The notes below the pieces were generated by a model, which ran no database searches, was not told the DNA's origin, and saw only the letters and a program-made list of their open reading frames with translations. A stretch of DNA of 51,212 nt from a virus (Duplodnaviria; Caudoviricetes): IMG/VR virus record IMGVR_UViG_3300048598_000511, positions 1-51,212 of that record; one strand, given 5' to 3'. This document shows positions 33,612-44,297 of this stretch, in pieces. Position numbers and translations under genes: made by a program. Each line of letters starts with the position of its first letter. Within the stretch, counting starts at the first letter, position 1.

Positions 33612-36600
33612 GTGACTGATCGCTCCATCTTCGTGCGGCTCGGCGCCATCGCCTCCGGGCTCAAGAGCGGCTTCAAGGACGCTTCGGCGGCGGCGAAGCA
33701 GACAGCGACCGATATCGAGGCTGCCGGCAGGAAGTCGGAGCAGGCGGTCGAGAAGACTGCCGCGAAGGTGCCGCTGATCCAGCGCGCGCTCAACGGCCTC
33801 AGCTCGGCTTCGGCCGCCACGTCGAAGTGGGTCACGAAGAACCGCGACGAAATCGACAAGCTGGCGTCGGCGGGTCTGGTCGCGGGCGGCCTCATGGCAG
33901 CAGGCGCAGCGATCGCGGCCAAGAAGTACGCCGACTTCGACGAAGCCATGTCCCATGTCGCCGCGACCGGCAGCGATGCCCGAGCGAATCTCGGCGCGCT
34001 CCGCGAGGAGGCCATCAAGCTCGGCGCCGACACCGTCTTCTCGGCCCAGGAGGCCGCGCAGGGCATTGAGGCCATGGAGAAGGCCGGCGTCTCCGCGAAG
34101 GACATCCTTGGCGGCGGGCTCCAGGGCTCACTCTCTCTCGCCGCGGCGGGCGAACTGTCCGTCGGTGACGCGGCCGAAGTGGCAGCCACCGCCCTCGTCC
34201 AGTTCGGCCTGTCCGGCACCCAGATGAACCACGTCGCGGACCTCCTCGCTGCTGGTGCCGGAAAGGCGCAAGGCGAGGTGTCCGACCTGGCGCTCGCGCT
34301 GAAGTACGTCGGCCCGGTCGCCTCCGGAATGGGTGTCAGCATCGAGGAGACAGTCGGTGCACTGGCTGCCTTCGCGTCACAAGGCATCCTGGCGGACCAG
34401 GCAGGCACGAGCCTGCGCGGCGTGCTCGCTGCACTCACCAGCCCCTCATCGCAGGCCGCCGGCGAGATCGAGCGGCTCGGAATCACCCTGTACGACAGCA
34501 ACGGAAAGTTCCTCGGGCTGGCGAACGTCGCCGGGCAGCTCCAGAAGGCGTACTCCGGCGTGACCGACCAGGCCAAGGATGCCTCGCTCGGCATCCTCTT
34601 CGGCAACCAGCAGGTGACCGCGGCGCGCGTCCTATTCGACCAGGGCGCGAAGGGCATTCAAGACTGGACTGACAAGGCCAACGACGCCGGATATGCGGCA
34701 ACCGCCGCAGCGACCCGAATGGACAACCTCAAGGGCGACGTCGAGAGGCTGTCCGGCTCCATCGACTCCGCGCTCATTCAGTCCGGGACTGGCATCAACA
34801 CGTTGCTGCGGAACACCGTCCAGAGCGCGGAATCCATCGTGGATGCGGTCGGCCAGATCCCTCCGGGAATCCTGGGCGTAGTCACCGCACTGGCCGGGTC
34901 CGGTGGCCTTGGCGTCCTCGGGGTCTCCGCACTCGGAAAGCTGCTCGTCGGAATCAACGACGCAAAGCTGGCTTTGGTGTCACTCACCGGATCAGCCAAG
35001 GCTGCAGGGCTCGCCGCTGGCGCCCTCGGCGCCGTCGTCGGCATTGGCGCCCTCGCCATCTCAAAGTGGGCATCCGACGTAGCGACCGCGCGCGCCAACG
35101 CCGACGATTTTGCGGCAACCCTCGTCGTCATCAACGGCAAGATCGCATTCTCAATGGCAACCGTGAGTTCGATCAACGACAAACTCGCGAATACGAAGAC
35201 AATGTTCGGGTTTGGGCCGACGCTGCTCGACCTCATGAACAAGGTAGGCATCTCGGCAGCCGATGCGCAGGGCTTCCTCACCGACGAGGCGGAGGCTGTC
35301 GATCGCGTCAATGCGGCCATCGATATCTACACCAAGCAGCATTGGCTCGACGCGAGCATGACCACGACTCCGCTTCTCAAGGCACTGACGGACCTCAAGG
35401 GGAGCATGTCAGATGCTGAGCGGACGACCCTCCAGAAGGCGCAGGCGGACAAGGAGGCCGGGTCTGCTGCGGACAGCAACGCGACCGCTCAGAAGACGAT
35501 CACCGCCTACCTGACGGACCAGACGGATGCTCTCGGTAACGCCACCACACTCCTGAAGGACTATGAGACGGCACTGTGGAACGCCGCCACGGCCGCATTG
35601 AAGCTGTCCGGGTCGGAGATTGGATTCCGTCAAGCTGTCGCCGACGCAAATAAGGGCATCAACGACAAGGGCCACAAGGGAAAGGGTGTCGATACCCACA
35701 CCCAGGTTGGGCGCGATAACCAGAGCGACCTGAACCAGATCGTGACGTCCGGGAAGACCCGGATCAACGACATCCTCGAAACTGAGGGCAAAGGCAAGAA
35801 GGCTGTAGCGGCGATGAAGGAACTCCGCGAGAGCTTCATCGCCGCCGCGACGGCCGCCACTGGGAGCAAGGCGCGGGCGGTCGAGATGGCTGATGCCCTG
35901 AAACTCTTCCCGAAGAACGTCGACACCGAACTCACCTTGAAGGACCAGGACGCCCAGGCCGAACTCGGAACGTTCAAGGAACTGCTCACGGGGCTCCCGA
36001 AGGAAACTCAGGCCCGCATCATCGCGGACTACAACGACAAGGGCGCCAAAGCAGCCTACGACGATCTGAACTCGCTCGATGGTGCCACCGCTGACGCGTG
36101 GGTGAACTCGCTGCTGGATCAGAAGGGCATCAAAGGCTGGGAGAACTGGTCGCCGGCGAAGAAGCGTGCCGCGATCCAGCCGTACCTGACCGACTCCGAG
36201 ATCAACCTCAAGGTCAAGGTCACGATGCGCAACCAGCCGAAGGATGCCGCCGAAGGTGGACTCTTCGCCCGCAGCGCTCTGGTCTCGGCCGGGCTTGGTC
36301 TTGTCCAGGAGTTTGCCGACGGCGGCTTCCCGGCGATCGGTTCTCAGCAGTCTCAGATTCAGCGCACGCGGCCCGGTGGCATCCGGTGGGCGGAGGACAC
36401 CACGGCTGACTGGGAGGGCTTCGTGTCAGGGCACCCTGGCAAGATCCACCGCTCTCGCGCGATCACCAGCGAGATCGCTCGGCGCCTCGGTGGGGTGGCC
36501 AGTTTCGCGGAGGGCGGCTTCGCGGGTGACCCTGCGCTGGCCCGTCTGATCGCGAGCGGTCGTGCATCCGCGCTCGGCACGACGCATGTCACGAACATCA

Positions 36601-36695
36601 ACCTGAACGGGGACACCTACTACCCGCAGTCTGAGCCGAAGTCGGTCGAGACGAACCGAAAGCTCGGATATGCCGCCGCGGTGGGGAGGTACTGA
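33612..36695 (+). CDS. Tape measure protein
   Basis: 1027 aa, TP901-type core (FSAQEAAQG, GSLSLAAAG, AGTSLR, RMDNLKGD), C-terminal A(D/E)GG motifs. Confidence 0.93.
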   Translation: MTDRSIFVRLGAIASGLKSGFKDASAAAKQTATDIEAAGRKSEQAVEKTAAKVPLIQRALNGLSSASAATSKWVTKNRDEIDKLASAGLVAGGLMAAGAAIAAKKYADFDEAMSHVAATGSDARANLGALREEAIKLGADTVFSAQEAAQGIEAMEKAGVSAKDILGGGLQGSLSLAAAGELSVGDAAEVAATALVQFGLSGTQMNHVADLLAAGAGKAQGEVSDLALALKYVGPVASGMGVSIEETVGALAAFASQGILADQAGTSLRGVLAALTSPSSQAAGEIERLGITLYDSNGKFLGLANVAGQLQKAYSGVTDQAKDASLGILFGNQQVTAARVLFDQGAKGIQDWTDKANDAGYAATAAATRMDNLKGDVERLSGSIDSALIQSGTGINTLLRNTVQSAESIVDAVGQIPPGILGVVTALAGSGGLGVLGVSALGKLLVGINDAKLALVSLTGSAKAAGLAAGALGAVVGIGALAISKWASDVATARANADDFAATLVVINGKIAFSMATVSSINDKLANTKTMFGFGPTLLDLMNKVGISAADAQGFLTDEAEAVDRVNAAIDIYTKQHWLDASMTTTPLLKALTDLKGSMSDAERTTLQKAQADKEAGSAADSNATAQKTITAYLTDQTDALGNATTLLKDYETALWNAATAALKLSGSEIGFRQAVADANKGINDKGHKGKGVDTHTQVGRDNQSDLNQIVTSGKTRINDILETEGKGKKAVAAMKELRESFIAAATAATGSKARAVEMADALKLFPKNVDTELTLKDQDAQAELGTFKELLTGLPKETQARIIADYNDKGAKAAYDDLNSLDGATADAWVNSLLDQKGIKGWENWSPAKKRAAIQPYLTDSEINLKVKVTMRNQPKDAAEGGLFARSALVSAGLGLVQEFADGGFPAIGSQQSQIQRTRPGGIRWAEDTTADWEGFVSGHPGKIHRSRAITSEIARRLGGVASFAEGGFAGDPALARLIASGRASALGTTHVTNINLNGDTYYPQSEPKSVETNRKLGYAAAVGRY

Positions 36696-37537
36696 TGGTC
36701 TCCGACTTCGGCTGGGCGGTCAACGGGAGTCCGCTGGCCACCGCGTTCGGTGACCTCTTCCTGACCGATGCGACGTTGTGGCGGCCGAGTGTCGAGATTC
36801 GGCGCAGCCCGGTCGTGATCCCGGGTGTGCACGGCACGGTGAATCCGTCACTGCCGGTGTATGGCGAGCCGACTGTGGGCTTGACGCTGAGGTCACGGCA
36901 GGCGTCCCAGGCGGCGCTGGAGGAGGCGGTGAACCAGGCGGTCGCCATCCTCACCGCGCCGTCGCTAACTCTGACGCGCACCTCGGGCACGTCGGTCACC
37001 ACGGCTGTCGCCCAACTGGTCTCGCTGGACCCGGGCGACAGCTTTATCTACGGTCAGGCGGCCCGCATCGTCGCCGTCTTCGCCATCCCTGGAGTCTTCT
37101 TCCGAACTACCGCATGGACGTCGGACGACATTGCTGCGGCGGGTGACCTGACGAATCAGGAACTGTCTGGTCTCAGCGGCTCGACGGGACCGATTGTGGA
37201 TCCGGTGTTTCGGCTGGCCGGGCCGTGGACCAACCCGTACCTGAGTGATCCGTCGACGGGCACGGGCATCTACTACTCGGGCACGGTGGCGGCCGGCTCG
37301 TTCCTGTACCTGTGCCCGAAGCCTTTGAGTGCCCGGATCGCGACGTCGTCGTCGGCGTGGTCGTCGGGCGGTACTGACGTGTCGGCGGCGGTGAGCTATC
37401 CGGCTGCGGGACGGCTGCAGTTGTGGCCGGTGGTGCAGACCGCGACGACCCGCAAGGTGCTCATCAGCACGACCGGCACATCGCGGGTGGCGGGACAAAC
37501 GAAGTTGGCCGTTCAGGCGAGGGGGTCATACCTGTGA
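36695..37537 (+). CDS. Distal tail protein
   Basis: IPGVHG motif, follows tape measure. Confidence 0.75.
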   Translation: MVSDFGWAVNGSPLATAFGDLFLTDATLWRPSVEIRRSPVVIPGVHGTVNPSLPVYGEPTVGLTLRSRQASQAALEEAVNQAVAILTAPSLTLTRTSGTSVTTAVAQLVSLDPGDSFIYGQAARIVAVFAIPGVFFRTTAWTSDDIAAAGDLTNQELSGLSGSTGPIVDPVFRLAGPWTNPYLSDPSTGTGIYYSGTVAAGSFLYLCPKPLSARIATSSSAWSSGGTDVSAAVSYPAAGRLQLWPVVQTATTRKVLISTTGTSRVAGQTKLAVQARGSYL

Positions 37538-40500
37538 CTTACGATCTGCGTTTGCGCGCCTACAGTCCCGGCACGGACACCCCTTTGGGCCTGCTGCCCG
37601 AGCCGCTGTCATGGCAGGCGTCGGTGGTCCACAACAACGATGGCGCGCTCACCGTGAAGTACTCCGAGCTGGCCGAGGGTGGAGCTGTCGGCGCCCGCGG
37701 GGTGCAGGCCGGTCTGGACATCGCGCTCGAGGTCAACACGACCGGCGCCGCGACGGGTTGGGTCGAGCCTGACAATGCGCGCTTCCTGCTGGTGGGCGAC
37801 GATTTCGACCGCACGGACACGGCGCTGGTGCACAGCTTGACGCTGACGTCGTGGTCGTGGCTGCTCAACAAGGTCTGCGATCTGAATCTGGGTGCGCTGG
37901 CGGGCAGCAAGAGCAAGTATTCGGGCCAGAGGGTGTTCCCGGCCTCCTCGGATGCCGGGGATGTGTCCAAGAAGATGCTCGACGAGCATGATGCCCGGTC
38001 GGGCCCGGCGGTGCCGATCTTGCGGGATTCGTGGACGACGACCACCGACAGCAACGGTGCCACGTGGGCGAAGAAGCTGGGCAAGAACACGGACGGGCGC
38101 GCGTTCCCGGCGGGCCAGCCGCTGCACGACAAACTCGATGCGCTCACGAAGAACGGGCTGTGTGAGTGGCGTACTCGGGGCCGTGGTTTGAGGATCTACA
38201 ACCCGAACTCGGGCTTCGTGGACCGCTCGGCGAGTGTGCATCTGCGCTACGGCGAGGACATTGTCGATGCGCCGTCGAAGACGTCGCAGGCGGACCGGGT
38301 TGCGCGGCTGCTGGTCAAGGGTGACGGCAAGCACAAGGTGACCGTGTCTGACCCTGCCGTGCCTGAGTACTACGGCCGGTGGGAGGCGCTGCTGGACTCG
38401 TCCGGGGTCAAGGACGACGACGACCTTGAGGATGCCGGGACCGCCGAGTTGGCGGACCGGAATCGGATCAAGGGCGAGTACACCCGCACTTTGACGATGA
38501 GCGATGCGGCCGGCCGGTTCTTGCCGTTCCGCGACTACCAGGTCGGCGATTGGGTGACGGCGCCGGGCGCTTCGGGTGACGAGGTGCTGCGGGTGATGCA
38601 GGTCACGATCACCCGTGACGAGCAGGGTGGGCTGGGCGGCAACGTGGTGCTCGGCGATCGCTTCACGAACTCGGATTTGGCGCTGGCGGGGACTGTGGCG
38701 GCGATCACGGGCGGCTCGTCCGGTGTGTCGGGCAACGGGGCCATCACGCCCGACCTACAGGACACCCGCCAGCCCGCCGCCCCGACCGGGCTGGGCGTGA
38801 CCGGCGAGCTGTACCTGAATCCCTTCGGCGAGTGGAAGGTCCGCGGACGCTTCTCGTGGACGGCTATCACGGCAGCCACGGACGGCACCGACCTGGACAT
38901 TTCCCGCTACGAGGTCCTGGGGCAGGAGCAGACCACGCCCGCGTCGGAGTGGGGCGTGGTGAAGGCGACCAGCGGCAACGAGACGGTCCTCTCGCAGGGT
39001 GAATTCGCGGTCGGGTCTCAATGGCTGTTCACGGTGCGCGCCTACGGGGTGACGACGACCGAACCAGGTGTGCAGTCGGCGACCGCCAGCATCACGTTCG
39101 GCGTGGACACTGTTGCCCCGAATCAGCTCTCCACCCCGACCGCCAGCAACTATTTGGGTGCGGGCGTGATCGGCTGGGACGGTAAGGACACTGGCGGCGC
39201 TGTGATGCCGCCCGACTTCGTGCGGGCTGAGGTCCACCTGTCCACCGTCTCGGGGTTCACGCCCGACCTGACTTCGGCGTCCACGACCCGTAAGGCGCAT
39301 CTGTTGGGCGCCGGTACTGTCACCTTGTCGGGGCTGGTTTACGGCACCATGTACTACGCCAAGCTGGTCGCCGTTGATATGTCGAAGAACTGGTCGGTCC
39401 CCTCGGCGCAGGCCAGCTTTGTGCCGCAGCAACTGGTCCGCACCGACCTGTCGACGGGGATCGCGCTGCCTGGCGATGTGGCGTACGCCGACTACGGCAA
39501 CCTGGTCGCGGACGGCTCCTTCGAGGATCCGGCGATCACCACTGAGCGGATCGCCGCCTCGACGGGCGACTGGGCTGTGACCACCACAGCCTCCGATGTG
39601 GCTCACGGCGCGCGGGCGCTGTACTCGGCGGTGGCTGCGGGGGCTGCGGTGTCCGACCGTACTCTGCTCCTCCAATGGCCAGGGCTGAGCACGGGTGCTG
39701 TGGTGGTGCAGCCCGGGACGCAATTGTACGTGTCCGCCGAGGTTAAGACGTGGGGCAGCCCGGGCGGCGAATGCCAGGTGTCGGTCGGCTGGCTGGACGG
39801 CTCCGGGGCGGCCTTGTCGTGGTCGACGGTCACTCTCGGGATGACCGATGGTGCATTCGCGTTCTCGGAGGGTGTCGTGTCGGTGCCCGCCGGCGCATAC
39901 CGTGCGCAGACGGCAGTGCGCGTCAGCGGCTATTCGACGACCAACTCGGTCGGATGGATCGTGGACGCCATTCAGGTACGCCAGGTCATCCCGACCGAGC
40001 TCATCGAGAACCTCGCCGTCACTGACGCCAAGATCAAGACCGTCTCCGCGAACAAGATGACGACCGCTGAACTGGCTGCGGGGGTCCGCATCTCCGCGGG
40101 CCCGCTGGCTGGCACACACAGCGAGATCACTGGTGATGACGGCTTCTCGGCATGGGACACCGACCCTGCCGACTCAACGGTCAAGTCGTGGCTGCGGGTG
40201 GGCGACGCGGACTCCGGCGATGGCATGTCGGTGGGCTTCGACCCTGACAATCCTGTCGCGCGGGTCAACGCAGCGGGGAACTCCCTCTTCCAGTCGGTGT
40301 CCACCCAGGCGCTCCGCGTCGCCGGTGACACCCTGGACACCATCCTTGCCCGGCTACCGCAGGGCCGTCTGGCCTTCGCCGAGTCCACCAGTCCCACCAC
40401 CGGCATCTCCACCACCGAGACGGGCATCGTGGAGCTGCGCGCGGTGATGCAGCCGGGACGCACCTACAGCATCGCCGTCGAGAACATTGCGATGCAGTCC

Positions 40501-41277
40501 AGCGCGGGCGCGGTCCAGGTGCGTCAGGGCATCCGGTACGCGCTGGCCGGAGCATCTGTGTCCACCTCCTCGACCTCTCTGCGGCTCAACGCCACCGACT
40601 ACATCCACCCCAGCGGCGTCTATCTCGGCCAGCCCGACCTGAACGCCACCCTCAACACGGGCTCGTGGGGCTCGGCGCAGGAGATCCGGCTGCTGTACAC
40701 GGTGTGGCGCTACTCCGGCTCCGGCACCGTCGACGTGTGGGGCGGGTCGCTCCAGCCGCTCACCCTCACCATCCGGGACGAGGGCCCGGCAATGTCGGCC
40801 ACCACCACCACGAAGCTGTGGACGAGCGTCTGGAACTGCTCGGCGATGCACCGGAACGGGGCGGGCTCGGCGCTCACCTCGCTCGTCGTGTACAACCCCG
40901 GCACAGACGTCTACGCCCACGCACTTTTCAACGGGACTGCGGTCGCCGGCGAGGCTACGACCGTCGCCTCCGCCACATCCGGGGCGACACTGCTCAAAGC
41001 GGAGATCGGTACCTACGTGTCCAAGTCGGGCAACGGCGACTTCGGCTGGTACCTCTACCCGTCCACGGCCACGGCGGCGACCCCGTACAGCTCCGGCTCG
41101 GTCGTAGACGCCTCGACCCAGTGGCAGACGGCACCAAGCTTCCAGTGGTACAGCGTTAGCTCCGTCTGGACGACGGCTTCGCGCAGCGTCTACCTCGAAG
41201 ACCCCAACTTGGTGAACCGCACTCTGCTCAACACCACGGCGCACCCCCTGCAACTGCGGCTCACCTACCTGCGATAG
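37534..41277 (+). CDS. Large tail tip / host-specificity protein (hub + FN3 + carbohydrate-binding-like domains)
   Basis: GTG start; PFRDYQVGD, PAAPTGL, DTVAP, NLVADGSFE, AVTDAKI. Confidence 0.85.
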   Translation: MTYDLRLRAYSPGTDTPLGLLPEPLSWQASVVHNNDGALTVKYSELAEGGAVGARGVQAGLDIALEVNTTGAATGWVEPDNARFLLVGDDFDRTDTALVHSLTLTSWSWLLNKVCDLNLGALAGSKSKYSGQRVFPASSDAGDVSKKMLDEHDARSGPAVPILRDSWTTTTDSNGATWAKKLGKNTDGRAFPAGQPLHDKLDALTKNGLCEWRTRGRGLRIYNPNSGFVDRSASVHLRYGEDIVDAPSKTSQADRVARLLVKGDGKHKVTVSDPAVPEYYGRWEALLDSSGVKDDDDLEDAGTAELADRNRIKGEYTRTLTMSDAAGRFLPFRDYQVGDWVTAPGASGDEVLRVMQVTITRDEQGGLGGNVVLGDRFTNSDLALAGTVAAITGGSSGVSGNGAITPDLQDTRQPAAPTGLGVTGELYLNPFGEWKVRGRFSWTAITAATDGTDLDISRYEVLGQEQTTPASEWGVVKATSGNETVLSQGEFAVGSQWLFTVRAYGVTTTEPGVQSATASITFGVDTVAPNQLSTPTASNYLGAGVIGWDGKDTGGAVMPPDFVRAEVHLSTVSGFTPDLTSASTTRKAHLLGAGTVTLSGLVYGTMYYAKLVAVDMSKNWSVPSAQASFVPQQLVRTDLSTGIALPGDVAYADYGNLVADGSFEDPAITTERIAASTGDWAVTTTASDVAHGARALYSAVAAGAAVSDRTLLLQWPGLSTGAVVVQPGTQLYVSAEVKTWGSPGGECQVSVGWLDGSGAALSWSTVTLGMTDGAFAFSEGVVSVPAGAYRAQTAVRVSGYSTTNSVGWIVDAIQVRQVIPTELIENLAVTDAKIKTVSANKMTTAELAAGVRISAGPLAGTHSEITGDDGFSAWDTDPADSTVKSWLRVGDADSGDGMSVGFDPDNPVARVNAAGNSLFQSVSTQALRVAGDTLDTILARLPQGRLAFAESTSPTTGISTTETGIVELRAVMQPGRTYSIAVENIAMQSSAGAVQVRQGIRYALAGASVSTSSTSLRLNATDYIHPSGVYLGQPDLNATLNTGSWGSAQEIRLLYTVWRYSGSGTVDVWGGSLQPLTLTIRDEGPAMSATTTTKLWTSVWNCSAMHRNGAGSALTSLVVYNPGTDVYAHALFNGTAVAGEATTVASATSGATLLKAEIGTYVSKSGNGDFGWYLYPSTATAATPYSSGSVVDASTQWQTAPSFQWYSVSSVWTTASRSVYLEDPNLVNRTLLNTTAHPLQLRLTYLR

Positions 41278-41284
41278 GAGCATC

Positions 41285-41608
41285 GTGGCCAACGAAATCC
41301 CCAACGCCGTCGCGCTGATGCGAGACCCCGACTTCCGCGACTGGGTATGCGCCGCGTCCTGCTACCAGGCGGCACAGGTGCTCGCCTCCGGGACTGCCGC
41401 ATCCAAGGCGATGGCCACCGAGGTACTGCTCAACCCCCGCGGCCACATCCTCGAGCGGCTGGTCAATGTCCTGGCCACCCAGACCGCCATCGCCAGTGTC
41501 GGCAGCACTGTCGGGACCGCCGCAGGGACCATCACCCAGACGCTGCTGCTCACCCAGACCGCGACCGTGTGGGCACCGCTCACCGCCGTCCTCTACCCGG
41601 CGGCATGA
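41285..41608 (+). CDS. Hypothetical protein
   Basis: SD AGGAG. Confidence 0.65.
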   Translation: MANEIPNAVALMRDPDFRDWVCAASCYQAAQVLASGTAASKAMATEVLLNPRGHILERLVNVLATQTAIASVGSTVGTAAGTITQTLLLTQTATVWAPLTAVLYPAA

Positions 41609-42048
41609 TGACCAAACTCAAGGCTCTCGTCACAGTCCGGCCGGTCTGGCTGCTCGTCGTGGCCGTCGCCGTCACGGCACTGCTCGGCTACCTGTCCGGG
41701 CTGCTGACGCCGCTCCAGCCGTCGATGCGGGCCCCGCTGCTGGACATCAACGACGGCATGATGCTCGGCGTCCTCGCCGCCCTCGGGCTGTTTGTGGGGC
41801 ATCTGTACTCGCGGCTCGGCAAGGTCGAGGACCGCAACCTCGCGCTGGAGGACCGGATCGCCAAGTTGGAGACGGCGCGCGGCGAGGCGATCGACAAACT
41901 GGCCAGTGCTGCCAGCTTCATCAACCGGGTCGGCCTGTGGCTCAGGGGAGGCCAGCGGGGCCCGATGCCTGAGCCGCCTGAGCAGATCCTGCCCCACATC
42001 GACGCCGAGCTCTGGGACGTACCGGACGCTGTCGGCGGCACCGAGTAG
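41605..42048 (+). CDS. Membrane protein of lysis region
   Basis: Two TM segments, coiled coil, PEPP. Confidence 0.65.
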   Translation: MMTKLKALVTVRPVWLLVVAVAVTALLGYLSGLLTPLQPSMRAPLLDINDGMMLGVLAALGLFVGHLYSRLGKVEDRNLALEDRIAKLETARGEAIDKLASAASFINRVGLWLRGGQRGPMPEPPEQILPHIDAELWDVPDAVGGTE

Positions 42049-42091
42049 CCCACCCCTTCCACCACCAACCTCAACGGGAGGTCATCGAAGC

Positions 42092-43294
42092 ATGTCCGGA
42101 ACCATCGCTGCGATTCTCAAGTGGGCCGAGTACTTCCTCGGCCGGAACTTCGGCTACTCGCAGGCGGCCCGCTGGACAGGCCTGAAGGACGGCAAGCCAC
42201 ACGAGCCGGGCGACTTCGACTGCACCTCGATCATCGGCGCCATCTTGTACCTGGCTGGCTACATCAAGCTGTCGCTCCTGTCGGGCACGTGGTACTCCGG
42301 CAATCTGGCCAGCAAGCTGCAAGGGGCTGGCTGGAAGCGGGTCTCGGCGAAGGGCCGCAGTCTCGCATGGCTGAACGCCAACGTGGCCGCGGGCTGCGTC
42401 CTGGTGGGCCCGGGCCATGGCGTGCTCGGGCTGGGTGGCGGATACATCCTGTCGTGGGAGTACTCGGAACGCGGAACCATCGCCGGGAAGGTGGGCCGCC
42501 AGAGTGGTGAGAAGGTCGGTAAGCGGAAGCTGTACCTGAGGTCGAAGGGCTGGGCTGACCTGCTGATCCCGCCGGCTGACAAGACGCTGAGCACGGTGGT
42601 GCCGCTCGCGCTGCGGGCCGCGCACGCCTCGCAGGAGGCGCAGCACTTCGGCGGGCCTGCCGACTACACCTCCCGCGGCCGGTGGATGGCCAAGCTGGGT
42701 GCATCCCTGATCGGCACGACTGAGACCACCGTCACCGCCAAGGGCAAGACTGCATGGAGCGGGCGGGTCGCGATGCAGAAGGGTCTCGGGAAGGTGTGGA
42801 AGCGGACCACCTTCCTGGCGCTGTGCCTGTACTACGACTCCGGGAAGTACACCCGCAGCGGCACGGTCCGCTCCGCCCCGTTCGGGCCCAAGTCGGACAT
42901 CTGGCACGGCGCCATGGTGGTGCCGGTGACCCGGAAGGACGCCAAGGTCCGCATCGACGTGGGTGTGGTGCACATCCGGCCGAAGGCTGTCGCGACCGAC
43001 ACCCAGAAGCGTGCCGACGTCGCCAAGGCCCTCGCCCTGGTCGACCCCACCGTGCCGACCATCCTGTGCGGCGACTGGGCCGGCAACTGGGATGCGGAGA
43101 TGGCAGCGGCCGGATTCACCCGCGCGAGCCTGCGAGTCGACACCTACGACGACGCAGGGGTCCAGACCATCGACGCCGTCTACCTGTCCCACCACCTGAG
43201 CGGCGACCTGCCGAAGCTACTCGACCCCGGCGCGTGGTCTGACCACAAGTGGGTCAGCGTCCGCGTCACCAAGCCCTCCACCACCACGCTCTGA
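42092..43294 (+). CDS. Endolysin: NlpC/P60-like Cys-His peptidase fused to an EEP-fold domain
   Basis: YSQ..R, FDCTS, PGHG; C-terminal TE, VHI, ILCGDW, IDAVY, SDH. Confidence 0.75.
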   Translation: MSGTIAAILKWAEYFLGRNFGYSQAARWTGLKDGKPHEPGDFDCTSIIGAILYLAGYIKLSLLSGTWYSGNLASKLQGAGWKRVSAKGRSLAWLNANVAAGCVLVGPGHGVLGLGGGYILSWEYSERGTIAGKVGRQSGEKVGKRKLYLRSKGWADLLIPPADKTLSTVVPLALRAAHASQEAQHFGGPADYTSRGRWMAKLGASLIGTTETTVTAKGKTAWSGRVAMQKGLGKVWKRTTFLALCLYYDSGKYTRSGTVRSAPFGPKSDIWHGAMVVPVTRKDAKVRIDVGVVHIRPKAVATDTQKRADVAKALALVDPTVPTILCGDWAGNWDAEMAAAGFTRASLRVDTYDDAGVQTIDAVYLSHHLSGDLPKLLDPGAWSDHKWVSVRVTKPSTTTL

Positions 43295-43303
43295 GGAGAT
43301 TCC

Positions 43304-43813
43304 ATGAGCAAACTGTTCACCGCCACGTTCTGGGCCGCGATCGGTTGGGCGCTGCTGCGCACCGGCCTCGCCGCCCTCGTCCCCTTCCTTCCCGCGCTGC
43401 TGTCCACCCCGCAGCAGGCCGTGATTCCCGCCGTGCTCACGATCGGCCTCGTGCTCGTCGTGACCGTCGCCACCATGCTTGCCGGGCTGCCCTCGACCGA
43501 CACGGGGGCGTGGTGGGAGGTGGCCAGCCAGCGTGCTGTCCGGCAGCTCGGCCAGTACATCGTGGGTGCTGTCGCTGGCGCTGTCCTGCTGACCGATCTC
43601 GACTGGCGCAGCATCATCACCGCGGCGCTCGCCTCCGCGATCTCGACCTTCATCCTGGCTTCGCTGACCCTCGTCCCGAGCCTCGCCGACGACCCGCTGA
43701 CCGTCCCCGGAGATGTCGTCGAGGACGTGGCGGACGACTCCAGCCCCGAAGGCACCGAGGGCATCGACGTGAGCGACACCGAGATGGATGCCGCCACCGA
43801 CACCACGGCCTGA
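43304..43813 (+). CDS. Holin (internally duplicated)
   Basis: FW.A...ALLRT and WW..A..RAVRQ.GQ halves, DWRS, acidic tail. Confidence 0.75.
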   Translation: MSKLFTATFWAAIGWALLRTGLAALVPFLPALLSTPQQAVIPAVLTIGLVLVVTVATMLAGLPSTDTGAWWEVASQRAVRQLGQYIVGAVAGAVLLTDLDWRSIITAALASAISTFILASLTLVPSLADDPLTVPGDVVEDVADDSSPEGTEGIDVSDTEMDAATDTTA

Positions 43814-43815
43814 CC

Positions 43816-44181
43816 ATGGCCATCGCGAAGGTGGACGTCTGGCAGGGCGTCCACTACCTGCGGCTGTGGTGCCCCGGCTGCCAGTGCGCCCACCAGGTCG
43901 TCACCAGCCGAGACCCCGGCGCGGCGCCGGGCATCGTGTGGGAGTGGGACGGCAGCCTCGACGCCCCGACCCTCAGTCCATCCCTCCTCGTGAGAGGGCA
44001 CCAGTGGCCTCAGGATGATCCGTTCCACAAGCCTAACCACCGCGTCACTCCAGGTCAGCCGACCTGCTGCCACAGCTTCGTCCGGGCCGGCGTCTGGGAG
44101 TACCTGAGTGACTGCACCCACACCCTCGCCGGACAGCACGTCCCGGTCCCCGAGTGGGACGACGACTGGCTCGGCGCCTGA
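43816..44181 (+). CDS. Zinc-binding protein (DUF6527-like)
   Basis: WCPGC..H, W.WDG....PTLSPS, CHSFV..G...YLSDCTH.LAGQ. Confidence 0.8.
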   Translation: MAIAKVDVWQGVHYLRLWCPGCQCAHQVVTSRDPGAAPGIVWEWDGSLDAPTLSPSLLVRGHQWPQDDPFHKPNHRVTPGQPTCCHSFVRAGVWEYLSDCTHTLAGQHVPVPEWDDDWLGA

Positions 44182-44297
44182 TCTTGCCCGCGTCCTCGCC
44201 GGTCTCGCGCAGGCCGAGCACACCGCCCGATCCATGGGCCAATGGTGGGCCGCTGATGCCTGCCGGGCCGCCCGAACCCTACTGACCCGACAGGAGC

